Virus record (IMG/VR): IMGVR_UViG_3300036045_000002 | Coordinates: 16,086-80,085 of that record | Length of the DNA: 64,000 nucleotides | Source: a virus | Direction: 5' to 3' (one strand) | Shown here: positions 27,160-36,554 of the stretch, in pieces | Layout: every line of letters starts with the position of its first letter | Numbering within the stretch: position 1 is the stretch's first letter | Position numbers and translations under genes: made by a program | Notes under the pieces: model-generated | Told to the model about the DNA's origin: nothing | Databases searched by the model: none | What the model saw: only the letters and a program-made list of their open reading frames with translations

Positions 27160-28055
27160 GGCACTTCATCGACCAGGAACTGAGGGGCCACGGGCTGATA
27201 TTCGACGGCCCCCTCGACCTCGTTACCAACGCGAAGGCGGCCTACCACCGGAAGCCGCTCGTGAAGAACCTGTCGGTCAACTGGCCCGGCCGGCGGGGCG
27301 ACGGGTGGGCGGACATGGAACGGTTCCTGCACAGTCCGTGGCCGGAAGGCGTCAAGATGGTCGAGTACGTGGTCGAAAGGATCAAGAAGACCGACCTGCC
27401 GATGCCGAAGGACGTCCGGAGGAAGCCTCGCTGGAGCGAGGACGACGGCGACGTGGACGTTGACCGGGTGCTCCGGGGCGAGGCGGACTACATGCGGGAC
27501 GTCCGGAGGCAGCGGGTGTCAGGCAGCTTCCAGGTCAGCCTGATATCGAACCTGGACTGCGGGCGAGGTCACCGGTGTAACCCGAGCGGCGTGTTCTTCC
27601 GGAGTGCCTGCTGCATCGCCCTCGCCGACGTCCTGGAGTCGATCGGCTACTCGGTCGAAATCTGGACGTGGACGCGAGGCACGCACGTCTTCCCGAAACC
27701 CAACCATCACCAGTTCGTCGCGTGCCGGCCGAAGCGGATGGGCGACCCGGTGGACTACGACGCCTTGTGCGACACCATGAGTTCCTGGTTCACGTCCAAG
27801 GCGACGTTCGGGGCGTTCGCGGCGAACCCGGTCGCCGCGCCCCTCGACTTGGGGTACCTGTGCGAGGCCGACTCCGGCACACTCCTGCTGTCCGAGTGCG
27901 GCATGGGCGGGTGGGAGAAACACCTAGACCTGGAGCAAGGCACGCTCCCGGTGTGTATTCCGCTCATCACCGGCTGGAGCCGGGAGGACGGCCTGGAGTC
28001 GGCGACGGAGAAGGCCCGCCTGGTACTCGACCACATCGTCCGGTCGCAGTCCTAG
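27156..28055 (+). CDS. CobT/vWA-like partner of the AAA ATPase
   Basis: GTG start overlapping the upstream stop; 'DGDVDVDRVLRGE', 'IALADVLESIGYSVEIW'; adjacent to the MoxR ATPase. Confidence 0.55.
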   Translation: MRHFIDQELRGHGLIFDGPLDLVTNAKAAYHRKPLVKNLSVNWPGRRGDGWADMERFLHSPWPEGVKMVEYVVERIKKTDLPMPKDVRRKPRWSEDDGDVDVDRVLRGEADYMRDVRRQRVSGSFQVSLISNLDCGRGHRCNPSGVFFRSACCIALADVLESIGYSVEIWTWTRGTHVFPKPNHHQFVACRPKRMGDPVDYDALCDTMSSWFTSKATFGAFAANPVAAPLDLGYLCEADSGTLLLSECGMGGWEKHLDLEQGTLPVCIPLITGWSREDGLESATEKARLVLDHIVRSQS

Positions 28056-28073
28056 GAAAAGATCGGTCGTCGC

Positions 28074-28134
28074 TTGCTCAGGTCTAACTGCGTCTCTATA
28101 CTGACGTTGTGGGGCGCACGGCGCGCCCCACAAC
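28074..28134 (+). promoter_or_regulatory. Sigma70-like promoter plus ACGGC-loop hairpin upstream of the nusG-like gene
   Basis: TTGCTC-17-TATACT, then gttgtggggcgc-acggc-gcgccccacaac. Confidence 0.75.
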
Positions 28135-28160
28135 TCCGTCACCCGAACCGAGAGTCCGTC

Positions 28161-29357
28161 ATGCCCGCGACCGAGACGACCCCCGTCGAGCGCTGCGAGT
28201 CTTGCCTGCAGCCGAACGCGACCTACCTGATGAAGTCGTTCCTGTCCGAGCGCCTCTGCCCGTTCTGCTTCAACCGCAAGAAGAACGGCGGCCCGCAGCC
28301 GCAGGTCGTCTACGTCCCGAGCAGCGAGGCGAACAAGGCCAGGTGCGAGGGGTGCCTGCTCGTCAAGCTCGTCCAGAACATGACGCTAGTGGACGGCCAG
28401 CACGTCTGCGCCGGCTGCGCCAAGGGGCTGTCGAAGAAGTGGTTCGCGGTCGCCGTCTCCGGCAGCGACAACAAGGTCAAGGCGAACATCCGCAAGCGGT
28501 TCCAGGCCCCCCACCTGGTCGGCAAGCTCGGCCGGGTCGTCATCCCGAAGCACAAGCAGGCCCGGACGACGAAGGACAGGTGGGAGGTGTACGCGGACGA
28601 GAGGCTGCTCGGCGTCGTGTCCGCGGCCGACCACGACCAGGCGATGTACGAGGCCCGGCTGAAATTCGAGCGGCCGAGGAAGAAGTCCGTGTACAAGCCC
28701 GAGGACGCGCAGGCCGGGGCCATGAGCGAGGTCAGGAAGGAGAAGCACGGCCGGCGGGTGTACTACGCGGCCTACGACGCCGACGGCAAGATGCTCGGCC
28801 GCGTCACGGGCCACAAGAACCAGGAGGTCGCGACCGTCGCCCTCACCGCGATGTACGGGCCGAAGGAGAAGGTCAACAAGAACCCGCGGGAGTCCGTGAC
28901 CGAGTACCACGTCGTCACCGACGTGAAGCTGGCCGTACACGGGGGGAGGACCGTCGTCCAGAATCAGCGGGCCATGCCCGGGTACCTGCTGGTCGAGTGC
29001 GAGGCCGACGACTGCGTGTTCAAGGAGATCAAGGACGTGTCGGGCGTGTACTCGCTGCTCCCGTTCTGGGAGGACATGAAGTACGACGACCTGGAAGAAG
29101 GCGAAGTCGTCCAGGGGGCCACGTCCCTGTCGAAGGCCGAGGTGGACGGGTGGGTCAAGCGGCCGGAGGACAAGCCCGTGGCGCTGGCCTACGCCGTGGG
29201 CGACGAGGTCACGCTCGGGGACGGGCCGATGAAGGGGACGAAGGTCAAGGTCGTCGCGATCACCGGGCACGTCATGGCCCCCGAGGTCAAGGTCTCGGCC
29301 ACGATCCTGGGCCGGGAGGTCGAGATCAAGGTCAAGCACACCGAGGTCCGCAAGTGA
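28161..29357 (+). CDS. nusG: NusG-family transcription elongation factor with N-terminal zinc fingers and a large NGN insertion
   Basis: NGN motifs 'KWFAVAV', 'VVIP', 'MPGYLLVE', 'IKDVSGV'; KOW 'VGDEVTLGDGPMKG...VKVSATILGREVEI'. Confidence 0.8.
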   Translation: MPATETTPVERCESCLQPNATYLMKSFLSERLCPFCFNRKKNGGPQPQVVYVPSSEANKARCEGCLLVKLVQNMTLVDGQHVCAGCAKGLSKKWFAVAVSGSDNKVKANIRKRFQAPHLVGKLGRVVIPKHKQARTTKDRWEVYADERLLGVVSAADHDQAMYEARLKFERPRKKSVYKPEDAQAGAMSEVRKEKHGRRVYYAAYDADGKMLGRVTGHKNQEVATVALTAMYGPKEKVNKNPRESVTEYHVVTDVKLAVHGGRTVVQNQRAMPGYLLVECEADDCVFKEIKDVSGVYSLLPFWEDMKYDDLEEGEVVQGATSLSKAEVDGWVKRPEDKPVALAYAVGDEVTLGDGPMKGTKVKVVAITGHVMAPEVKVSATILGREVEIKVKHTEVRK

Positions 29358-29384
29358 CGCGGGGCGCTTCGTCGCGCCGTCTGT

Positions 29385-29502
29385 GACCCAGCGCCAGATC
29401 GCACAGAATCGCGTCTGGCGCGAGGTCGTGTCGAAAGTGAAGTGCGTCACACTTTCGATACGGTCGTTGAACTGACGCGACTCTAGAGCGAAAGGGACTG
29501 CC
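29385..29502. repeat. Dispersed palindromic TCTAGA element, copy B
   Basis: gcgccagatcgcacagaatcgcgtctggcgcg...tcgaaagtg/cactttcga...cgcgactctagagcgaaagggactgcc-GTG. Confidence 0.8.
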
Positions 29503-30240
29503 GTGATTACCCTGTTCCAGTGCGACGCGCCGACCAGCGTCGCAGACCTCGCCGGCGTCGAAATCCCGGTCCCCCCGCACGCCGACCCGAACGAGTGGAC
29601 TGCCGGACTGCCTCACGCCGACGCGGGCAGGCACATGAACAAGGCGTTCAAGGCCCGCGGCTGGCGGGTCCTGGCCAGGAACTACGCCGTCAGCCCGAAC
29701 CAGGCCAACCTGGCCGCGTCCTTCACCGTCGTAGGTCCCGACCTCAGGTGTGCGCCCGGGTACCACGTCTCCGTCGGGTTCATGACCAACAACGAGCAAC
29801 GCCGGGCCCTGACCTTCTTCTACGGACTGACCGAGGCGACGCCGGACGGCCACGGCCTCGTACTAGGTCGGGTGAAGGCGGACGACAAGGCGTACTTCCA
29901 GGTCGCCGATTTCGGTCAGATGACCGACCAGACCTTGAACGACCTCCAACAACTGGTGGACGGTGGCTGGCAAAGACTGAAGGCCGCCCGAACCGTCGTC
30001 CTGACCGAGCCCGAGAGGTGCGACCTGACGATGCGGCCCTGCCGGCTACACCCGTACCACGGAAGGTTCCCGTGGGGCAAACTCGGGTACGTGGACAAGG
30101 TCTGGACCGAGATGCGGGAAGGCGGGGCCAAGGCGACGGCGTGGACGCTGTACCGGGCGTTCGCGGCCGTCGTCGCCACGAACCCGCCGTACTCCCAGAT
30201 GCTCCAGCTGGACGGCATCCGGACGGCGTTGACGGTTTGA
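29503..30240 (+). CDS. Hypothetical protein (possibly DUF932-like)
   Basis: 245 aa; C-terminal 'TAWTLYRAF' is reminiscent of that family. Confidence 0.55.
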   Translation: MITLFQCDAPTSVADLAGVEIPVPPHADPNEWTAGLPHADAGRHMNKAFKARGWRVLARNYAVSPNQANLAASFTVVGPDLRCAPGYHVSVGFMTNNEQRRALTFFYGLTEATPDGHGLVLGRVKADDKAYFQVADFGQMTDQTLNDLQQLVDGGWQRLKAARTVVLTEPERCDLTMRPCRLHPYHGRFPWGKLGYVDKVWTEMREGGAKATAWTLYRAFAAVVATNPPYSQMLQLDGIRTALTV

Positions 30241-30250
30241 GGAAATCAGG

Positions 30251-30278
30251 TTGACGCGCGGGGGGCGTCCAGTATGAT
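30251..30278 (+). promoter_or_regulatory. Sigma70-like promoter
   Basis: TTGACG-16-TATGAT. Confidence 0.5.
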
Positions 30279-30897
30279 GCGACACTCCCCACTAACCCAA
30301 CGGACCCCAGGAGCCCGCGTCGTGACCAGGCGACAGCACACCCCCGCCGACCAGACGTTCGAGGAGACGAGGAACTTCGTCCACAAACTCCTGAACTCGT
30401 TCGCCCGGGCGTACCCGTACCTCGACCGGGACGACCTCACGTCGGCCGCCTACTACGGGTGGACGCAGGCGTACCAGACCTTCCGGCACGAACTCGGGTA
30501 CGCCTTCCTGACGTGGGTCGGGGAGAAGGTGGACAAGAGGCTCAAGGACGTGCTCCGGCGGACCCTCCACGAGAGACGGAAGAACGCCCGGACCGTGAGG
30601 ATCGAGACCGGGGAGGACTGGACGGGCGGTCACGACGGGAACACGGTCAACGTACCTGACCGGGAGCCGACGCCGCAGTTCCCCCGGGTCGAGTGGTTCG
30701 ACTCCCTGTCCCCCGACGCCCAGGTCGTCGCGACACTGGCCCTGGACAGCCCGATCGACGTCCGGCTCATCCTGTCCCAGTTCGGGGTCGAGGACGGCGG
30801 GGCCTGGCGGCAGGCCATCCGGGAGCACCTGGGCGAGGCCGGGTGGGGTGCCCGCCGGCTGAAAAGAACGTTCCTGGAAATAAGAGGTGCGTTGTGA
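30274..30897 (+). CDS. Sigma-factor-like protein (region 2)
   Basis: 'DRDDLTSAAYYGWTQAYQTF..ELGYAFLTWV...LKDVLRR' resembles sigma70 region 2; exact start uncertain. Confidence 0.6.
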   Translation: MMRHSPLTQRTPGARVVTRRQHTPADQTFEETRNFVHKLLNSFARAYPYLDRDDLTSAAYYGWTQAYQTFRHELGYAFLTWVGEKVDKRLKDVLRRTLHERRKNARTVRIETGEDWTGGHDGNTVNVPDREPTPQFPRVEWFDSLSPDAQVVATLALDSPIDVRLILSQFGVEDGGAWRQAIREHLGEAGWGARRLKRTFLEIRGAL

Positions 30898-31139
30898 AGG
30901 ACGGCAAGCCGAAGACCAGGCGCGACGCGGCCATCGACCACGTCGTCGCCAGGAGGTACCGGGGCCAGGTGTTGTCCGCCGCCGAGTGGGCGGAGGTCAG
31001 GCGGGTGCTGGGGGAGGTGTACGACCTGTACTTCGACCCGGTGCAGGTCGAACTCGTCATGAACGACCCCGGGCCGGACGCCCGCGAGACGAAGGAAGTC
31101 CTGGTGGAGATCCATAACTGGCTGGCAAGGTACAAGTAA
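30894..31139 (+). CDS. Hypothetical protein
   Basis: GTG overlapping the upstream stop; GAGG RBS. Confidence 0.55.
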   Translation: MKDGKPKTRRDAAIDHVVARRYRGQVLSAAEWAEVRRVLGEVYDLYFDPVQVELVMNDPGPDARETKEVLVEIHNWLARYK

Positions 31140-31186
31140 CCGTCATCCCGGGACCCTCCCGGAAACGGAGATAAGGAGAACGACCA

Positions 31187-31891
31187 ATGTCCAAGTTCAC
31201 GCCCAGGCTGGAGGCGCTCGACGGCAGGCAGGTCCCCGGGTCGCTGATCGTCAACGCCCTGACGGCCGGCCTGGAGAACCTGTTCGTGTACGTCGGCGAC
31301 GGGCCGAAGCTGATGCTCCCGGGAGGCGTCGATCCGGCCATGCTGAACCAGCAACCGGCCGGGGCCGCCCCCGCGCCGGTGACCCCGCTGCCGCTGGCGA
31401 CCTGGAACGTCAACGTGACGCCGGCCGCCCTCAACAGCGACGGCATCGGGACCTCGGACATCGCCTCGACGGCCGGGGTCGCCGACTCCGGGCTCTGGAA
31501 CGTCCAGGTGACGTTCACCATCTACCAGTGTACGGCCAACCAGCCGGGGGCCATCACCTACAGCCCGACGACCGGCCTCCCGACGAACGGGACGTTCGAG
31601 TACACGGTCAACATCAACGGCGTGGCCGGTCCCACCGGTATCGACGTGAACTCCCTCGCGACCGACTTCGCCGCGGGCCTGACCACGGCCGGGTTCCCGT
31701 CGGGGGCCAGCGGGGCGATCGTCCACGTCAACGGCCCGTCGGCCGTGCCGGTGGTGATCGACGGCGTGACGCACACGGCCCACGGGATCGTGAAGTCCGT
31801 GTCCATCGTGTGCGTCAAGGCCACGGACTTCAACGGCAACAACCTGCCGGGCCTGGGTAACTACGCCCCGACCGTCCAGCAATCGCCGTGA
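31187..31891 (+). CDS. Protein with a planctomycete-type extracellular N-terminal motif
   Basis: MSKFTPRLEALDGRQVPG; Thr/Gly/Asn-rich beta body; AAGGAG RBS. Confidence 0.7.
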   Translation: MSKFTPRLEALDGRQVPGSLIVNALTAGLENLFVYVGDGPKLMLPGGVDPAMLNQQPAGAAPAPVTPLPLATWNVNVTPAALNSDGIGTSDIASTAGVADSGLWNVQVTFTIYQCTANQPGAITYSPTTGLPTNGTFEYTVNINGVAGPTGIDVNSLATDFAAGLTTAGFPSGASGAIVHVNGPSAVPVVIDGVTHTAHGIVKSVSIVCVKATDFNGNNLPGLGNYAPTVQQSP

Positions 31892-31955
31892 CCTCGCGTT
31901 AAGACTAGGGAACGGCCGGACACCAACGGCCGTTCCAGCCTTTCAAGGTACCGAC

Positions 31956-32096
31956 ATGATCGCGTTCATCCGGCAGTTCTGGCGATTCTGGACGTGCTGT
32001 TACTGGTCGGAGCACTCGACCATCTACCACTGGAAGACCGGCGAGCACTGCTGGCGGTGTAAGCGGTGTAACACCATCTGGATGAAACTACCTTAA
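31956..32096 (+). CDS. 46-aa Cys/Trp-rich protein
   Basis: MIAFIRQFWRFWTCC...CWRCKRC. Confidence 0.45.
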   Translation: MIAFIRQFWRFWTCCYWSEHSTIYHWKTGEHCWRCKRCNTIWMKLP

Positions 32097-32106
32097 GGAG
32101 GCCATC

Positions 32107-32874
32107 GTGGGAGTCTTGTCAGATTGGCAGATCGCTCGGGACGTGAAGATCACGGACGCCCAGCCGAACCAGAAGCGGCACGGAAAGATCAGCTACGGAT
32201 ACACGTCGTACGGCTACGACGCACGGGTCGGGTATAAGTTCAAGGTGTTCTCGCCGATCATGTGCCGGGAGGTCGATCCGAAGCAGTTCGACCAGAACGC
32301 CCTCGTGGACGTGGACCTCACACCTTACGACCACGACCTGACTTACCAACCGGCCGAGAACATGCGGCAGGCCGGAGGCACCTGGTACTGCCGTCGGTGC
32401 TTCGACGCCTTCAAGGAGCGGGAGGCGGCCGGCCCCCGGTGCAAGGTCCAGCCGCCGGACCACATCCTCATCCCGCCGCACTCGTTCGTCCTGGGGGAGA
32501 CGGTCGAGGAGTTCACAATCCCGCGGGACTGCCTGTGCATCGTGGTCGGAAAATCCACCTACGCCAGGTGCGGACTCGTGGTCAACGTCACGCCCGGCGA
32601 GCCGGAGTGGACCGGAAAGTGGACGGTGGAGATCAGCAACACCACGCCACTCCCGGCCCGGGTGTACTGCGGCGAAGGGATAATGCAGTGCGTCTTCCTC
32701 CGGACGGACGGATACGGCGAATTGGTCGTGAGAAAGGCCCTGGAGTCGATGACGGACGGTGAGGCCGACTCCTTCATCAAGATGGCGACCTGCAACGTGT
32801 CCTACGCCGACAAGAGAGGCCGATACCAAGGCCAAGAAGGAGTCACCACCCCGACGGTCGATAAAAAGGAGTGA
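32107..32874 (+). CDS. dcd: dCTP deaminase with an insertion
   Basis: 'ISYGYTSYGYD', 'GKSTYARCG', 'EPEW.G..TVEISN', 'YQGQ.GVT'. Confidence 0.92.
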   Translation: MGVLSDWQIARDVKITDAQPNQKRHGKISYGYTSYGYDARVGYKFKVFSPIMCREVDPKQFDQNALVDVDLTPYDHDLTYQPAENMRQAGGTWYCRRCFDAFKEREAAGPRCKVQPPDHILIPPHSFVLGETVEEFTIPRDCLCIVVGKSTYARCGLVVNVTPGEPEWTGKWTVEISNTTPLPARVYCGEGIMQCVFLRTDGYGELVVRKALESMTDGEADSFIKMATCNVSYADKRGRYQGQEGVTTPTVDKKE

Positions 32875-32881
32875 CCGGCCG

Positions 32882-34306
32882 ATGCCCCCCAGAAAGAAAG
32901 CCTACCCGTACCAGAAGCGCGGGATCTGGAAGATCCATGCGTTCAAAGGCCGGGCCCTCCTGGCCGACGACATGGGACTCGGGAAGACCTTCCAGGCCCT
33001 CCAGTACGCGAAGGTCTTCCTCGACTCCGGCCCCGTCGTCGTCGTCTGCCCGGCCAGCGTCAAGTGGAACTGGCAGCGGGAGGCCGAGCAGGTCGGGTTC
33101 CTGACGCACGTCCTCGAACGCCGCCGGCCGCCGACGATGACCGGCAACCTGCTCCGACACCAGTCCAACACCGTCTACGTGGTTAACTATGACATCCTGG
33201 GTGACGGGGCCGAAGGTTCCCGTCACCCGACCTGGAATCACTTCCTGAAGGCCCTCAGGCCGAAACTCGTCCTCCTGGACGAGTGCCACTACCTCAAGTC
33301 CAGGGGGGCCAAGCGGACGAGGTGGGTCCGGCAACTCGTCCAGGACGTCGGGCAGGTCGTCGGCATGTCCGGCACGCCGATGACGAGCCGGCCTGCCGAA
33401 CTCTGGTCGGTGCTGAACATCCTGAGGCCGGACGAGTTCCCGGAGTTCGGCAAGTTCGCCAGGAGGTACTGCGCCCAGGAGTGGACGCCGTGGGGGATGA
33501 AGTACGGCGGGGCGAAGCGGCTGCCCGAACTCCACCGGCGGCTCAAAGGCGAACTGATGGTCAGACGCCGGAAGGCCGACGTCCTGGACGAGTTGCCGGC
33601 GAAGACCCGGGTCGTCGTCCCGGTAGACCTGCCGGACATGAGGCAGTATTTGGAGGCCGAGCGAGACCTGGTCCGGTGGCTCAGGAAGACGCACCCGGAC
33701 AAGCGGAAGGGATTCCGGAACTCGCAACGGATGGTCAGGTTCGGATACCTGAAACGGCTGATCGGGGAACTCAAACTCCCGGCCGTGAAGCAGTGGGTCG
33801 AGGACTTCCTAGGCGGGTCGGACGGCAAGCTCATCGCGTTTGCCGTCCACAAGAAGGTCGTGGGGCCGCTGGTCGAGACGTTCAAGAGGTGCGCCGTCAA
33901 GGTGGACGGGTCCGTCACCGGGCGGGCCAGGCAGGCCACGTTCGACCGGTTCACGGCGAACGACGCCGTCCGGCTGCTCGTCGGCAATGTCCAGGCGGCC
34001 GGGGTCGGCTGGAACGGCCAGGTGGCCAACTCGGTCGTGTTCGCCGAGTTCGGCCTGACGCCGGGGGAGCACACCCAGGCCGAGGACCGGGCCCACCGGA
34101 TGGGCCAGAAGAAGCCGGTGACCATCTACTACCTGGTGGCCAGAGGCACCATCGAGGAAGACCTGGTCAGAAAGGTCCAGCGGAAGCAGCAAGTCCTGGA
34201 CGAGGCCCTGGACGGCGACAAGGCCGTGGACGGATTCGACATCCTGGACGACCTGGAGGCGAAACTACTCAAGCGAGGAGGGAGACGTGGCCGTAAGAAA
34301 CCCTGA
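32882..34306 (+). CDS. SNF2-family helicase (HARP/SMARCAL1-like)
   Basis: 'LLADDMGLGKT', 'DECH', 'SGTP', 'QAEDRAHRMGQ'. Confidence 0.9.
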   Translation: MPPRKKAYPYQKRGIWKIHAFKGRALLADDMGLGKTFQALQYAKVFLDSGPVVVVCPASVKWNWQREAEQVGFLTHVLERRRPPTMTGNLLRHQSNTVYVVNYDILGDGAEGSRHPTWNHFLKALRPKLVLLDECHYLKSRGAKRTRWVRQLVQDVGQVVGMSGTPMTSRPAELWSVLNILRPDEFPEFGKFARRYCAQEWTPWGMKYGGAKRLPELHRRLKGELMVRRRKADVLDELPAKTRVVVPVDLPDMRQYLEAERDLVRWLRKTHPDKRKGFRNSQRMVRFGYLKRLIGELKLPAVKQWVEDFLGGSDGKLIAFAVHKKVVGPLVETFKRCAVKVDGSVTGRARQATFDRFTANDAVRLLVGNVQAAGVGWNGQVANSVVFAEFGLTPGEHTQAEDRAHRMGQKKPVTIYYLVARGTIEEDLVRKVQRKQQVLDEALDGDKAVDGFDILDDLEAKLLKRGGRRGRKKP

Positions 34307-34502
34307 CCAGCAACACACCCGCACGTTCGTCGGCGGGACGGGCACCCTGTACGTCAGGGGGCTCTCGAAACTCATCCGGGACAAGTTCCACGCGGCCTGC
34401 CTGATGCGGGGCCGGACGATGAAAGGCGTCCTGGAGGAGTTCATGCGGGACTACGCCCGCCAGGCCGAGACCGTCCAACGGCACAAGAGGAAGAAGAAAT
34501 GA
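34287..34502 (+). CDS. Small ribbon-helix-helix-like DNA-binding protein
   Basis: 'TLYVRGLSKLIRDKFHAAC..RGRTMKGVLEEFMRDY'. Confidence 0.55.
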   Translation: MAVRNPDQQHTRTFVGGTGTLYVRGLSKLIRDKFHAACLMRGRTMKGVLEEFMRDYARQAETVQRHKRKKK

Positions 34503-35377
34503 CGTTCGACCAGCTGATGCGCGACCTCGGCGTGGAGGTCAGGCGGCACGGCGAGCACCACCACACCACGTCCGGGTGGGTCAACATCGACTGCCCGTTC
34601 TGCTCGCCGAAGGAGAGGCGGTTCCGACTGGGGTACAACCCGCGGGGCGGGTACTGCTCGTGCTGGACGTGCGGGCCGAAGAACGTCCACGCCGTCGTCA
34701 TGGAACTGACCGGCAAGCCTTACGGCCAAGTCCGGCTCGTGGTCGGCGACCTGGAGAGGACGGTCGTCAAGGACGACATCAGGCCGGAAGGCAAGCTCGT
34801 CGAGCCGAAAGGCGTCGGCCGGCTGCTCACCCCCCACCGGGAGTACCTGAGGCACCGGGGGTTCGACCCGGAGTCGGTGGAAAGGCTGTGGGACGTCCGG
34901 GGGACCGGGATGTTCTGCGACCTGCCGTGGCGGCTGTACATTCCGGTCAAGTACCAGGACGAGACGGTCTCGTGGACGACGCGGGCCTGCTCGGACAGCG
35001 CCAAGACGCGGTACCTGTCGGCCGCGCCAGACCAGGAGAAGGTGCCGTTGAAGTCCATGCTGTACGGCGAGGACTACGTGGTCAACGCGGTCGTCGTGGT
35101 CGAGGGTCCTCTGGACGTGTGGCGGATCGGCCCGGGGGCGGTCGCGACGTGCGGGACGGCGTTCTCCAAGGCCCAGGTTCTCCGGCTGTCGAGATTCCCC
35201 GTCCGGGCCGTCTGTTTCGACTCCGACCGGGCCGCCCAGGCGCGGGCGAAGAAGCTGGCCGATCAACTGGACGTGTTCGACGGTAAGACGTGCGTCGTCC
35301 GCCTCCAGACCGGCAAGGACGCGGCCGAAGCGTCCTCGAAAGAAATCGCCAAACTTCGCCGTCGTTTTCTCGATTGA
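34499..35377 (+). CDS. DNA primase (zinc finger + TOPRIM)
   Basis: CPFC...CWTC; 'VVVEGPLD'; 'CFDSD'. Confidence 0.88.
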   Translation: MTFDQLMRDLGVEVRRHGEHHHTTSGWVNIDCPFCSPKERRFRLGYNPRGGYCSCWTCGPKNVHAVVMELTGKPYGQVRLVVGDLERTVVKDDIRPEGKLVEPKGVGRLLTPHREYLRHRGFDPESVERLWDVRGTGMFCDLPWRLYIPVKYQDETVSWTTRACSDSAKTRYLSAAPDQEKVPLKSMLYGEDYVVNAVVVVEGPLDVWRIGPGAVATCGTAFSKAQVLRLSRFPVRAVCFDSDRAAQARAKKLADQLDVFDGKTCVVRLQTGKDAAEASSKEIAKLRRRFLD

Positions 35378-35432
35378 ACAGGACGACATCGCGCCTGTAT
35401 GCTGACGCGATGTCGTCGCACGGCGCGACGAC
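35374..35432 (+). promoter_or_regulatory. Sigma70-like promoter plus ACGGC-loop hairpin
   Basis: TTGAAC-18-TATGCT, then gtcgtcgc-acggc-gcgacgac. Confidence 0.65.
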
Positions 35433-35455
35433 GCACACACACGAGAGATCGCGAC

Positions 35456-35950
35456 GTGAGCAGCACAGACACAGTACGCGCAAGCACAACGGACCCCAAT
35501 CGTGACGCACTCGGCGCAGGACTCCGGACGAGACAGCATTTCGTCCACTGCGCCGTCAAATCACTCGGTCACGCAGCGCTCCAGGAGATTGCGAAGCGGG
35601 CGCAGGAGATCGCGACGCAAGCCGGCTACGAATTCAACGACAAGACGTTCTCGCCTCAATCGACCAGGACAGCACTGGTCGAGATGCGAGGTAAGGAGTT
35701 CGTCCGGCAGTCTGACGACGGGACCTGGACGTTGACTGATCTGGCGCAGGAAGTGATCGACTCGCCGGAGAAAGACGGACGACAATCGCTATCCAGTTAC
35801 AGGAAGCCGGAGATCGGGTCGAAGCGGCTCATGACCATCGACGACAAGGGACGCGTCCTCATCTCCGGCTTCAACGGCGCATTGGTCGAGGTCGAGTACG
35901 TCTCGGAGAACGAAGTCCGGATCCGGAAGGTCAGAATCGTCCCGATCTGA
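35456..35950 (+). CDS. Winged-helix protein with a C-terminal AbrB/MraZ-like motif
   Basis: 'FVRQSDDGTWTLT'; 'TIDDKGRVLI'; likely GTG start at 35456. Confidence 0.6.
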   Translation: MSSTDTVRASTTDPNRDALGAGLRTRQHFVHCAVKSLGHAALQEIAKRAQEIATQAGYEFNDKTFSPQSTRTALVEMRGKEFVRQSDDGTWTLTDLAQEVIDSPEKDGRQSLSSYRKPEIGSKRLMTIDDKGRVLISGFNGALVEVEYVSENEVRIRKVRIVPI

Positions 35951-35974
35951 CACTCACTACCAAAGGAGTCCGTC

Positions 35975-36499
35975 GTGGCCAAAAGAGTCGTCACCACCCG
36001 GTCGAACTACCAGAAGTGGGTCCTGAAACAGTTCGACCTGCACTTCGGCCGGACGCCGGAGCAGAACGACTTCTGGCGAACGGTATACGACAAGTACGTC
36101 CCTCCGCACGACGTCCTCCGGCTGTCCAGGACGTCGGCCGCCTGCGACAAGAACACGAAAGGCGTTCTAGTCCTGCACTGGCACGCATTCTCGGTGATGT
36201 TCGACCCGAAACTGGAACTCGAATTACAGGTCTCCGGCGAGTATTTCCGGGAGGACGTTCGTGCCGTCGCGATAGTGGACAGAGGAGTCACGGTCGGTTA
36301 CTACCGCGAGCCGGTCCTTGTCGCGAGCCGGGCCTACCATCCAGACTACCGACTGAAACACGTCAAGTTCGGCGTCATGCTGGACTGGTTTCAGGACCTG
36401 GATTGCGAAGTCCGGTTCGAGGAATACAAGGACGACAACTTCCACTTCGAGGCGACCGGCAACCATCACTTCTACGTCGAAGTACCTCGGAAAGACTGA
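35975..36499 (+). CDS. Hypothetical protein
   Basis: AAGGAGTCCGTC leader; 174 aa. Confidence 0.65.
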   Translation: MAKRVVTTRSNYQKWVLKQFDLHFGRTPEQNDFWRTVYDKYVPPHDVLRLSRTSAACDKNTKGVLVLHWHAFSVMFDPKLELELQVSGEYFREDVRAVAIVDRGVTVGYYREPVLVASRAYHPDYRLKHVKFGVMLDWFQDLDCEVRFEEYKDDNFHFEATGNHHFYVEVPRKD

Positions 36500-36554
36500 C
36501 TCGCATTCGCGGCGCTCGACGCGCCCCACACCTGTCTTCCTTTCGCACAGAATT

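Noticed and set aside
23940-36470. Similarity between ORF 23401 ('LGIVLDWL..HFGAT') and ORF 35975 ('FGVMLDWF..HFEAT')
   Set aside because: Too short to establish paralogy by eye; needs a profile alignment
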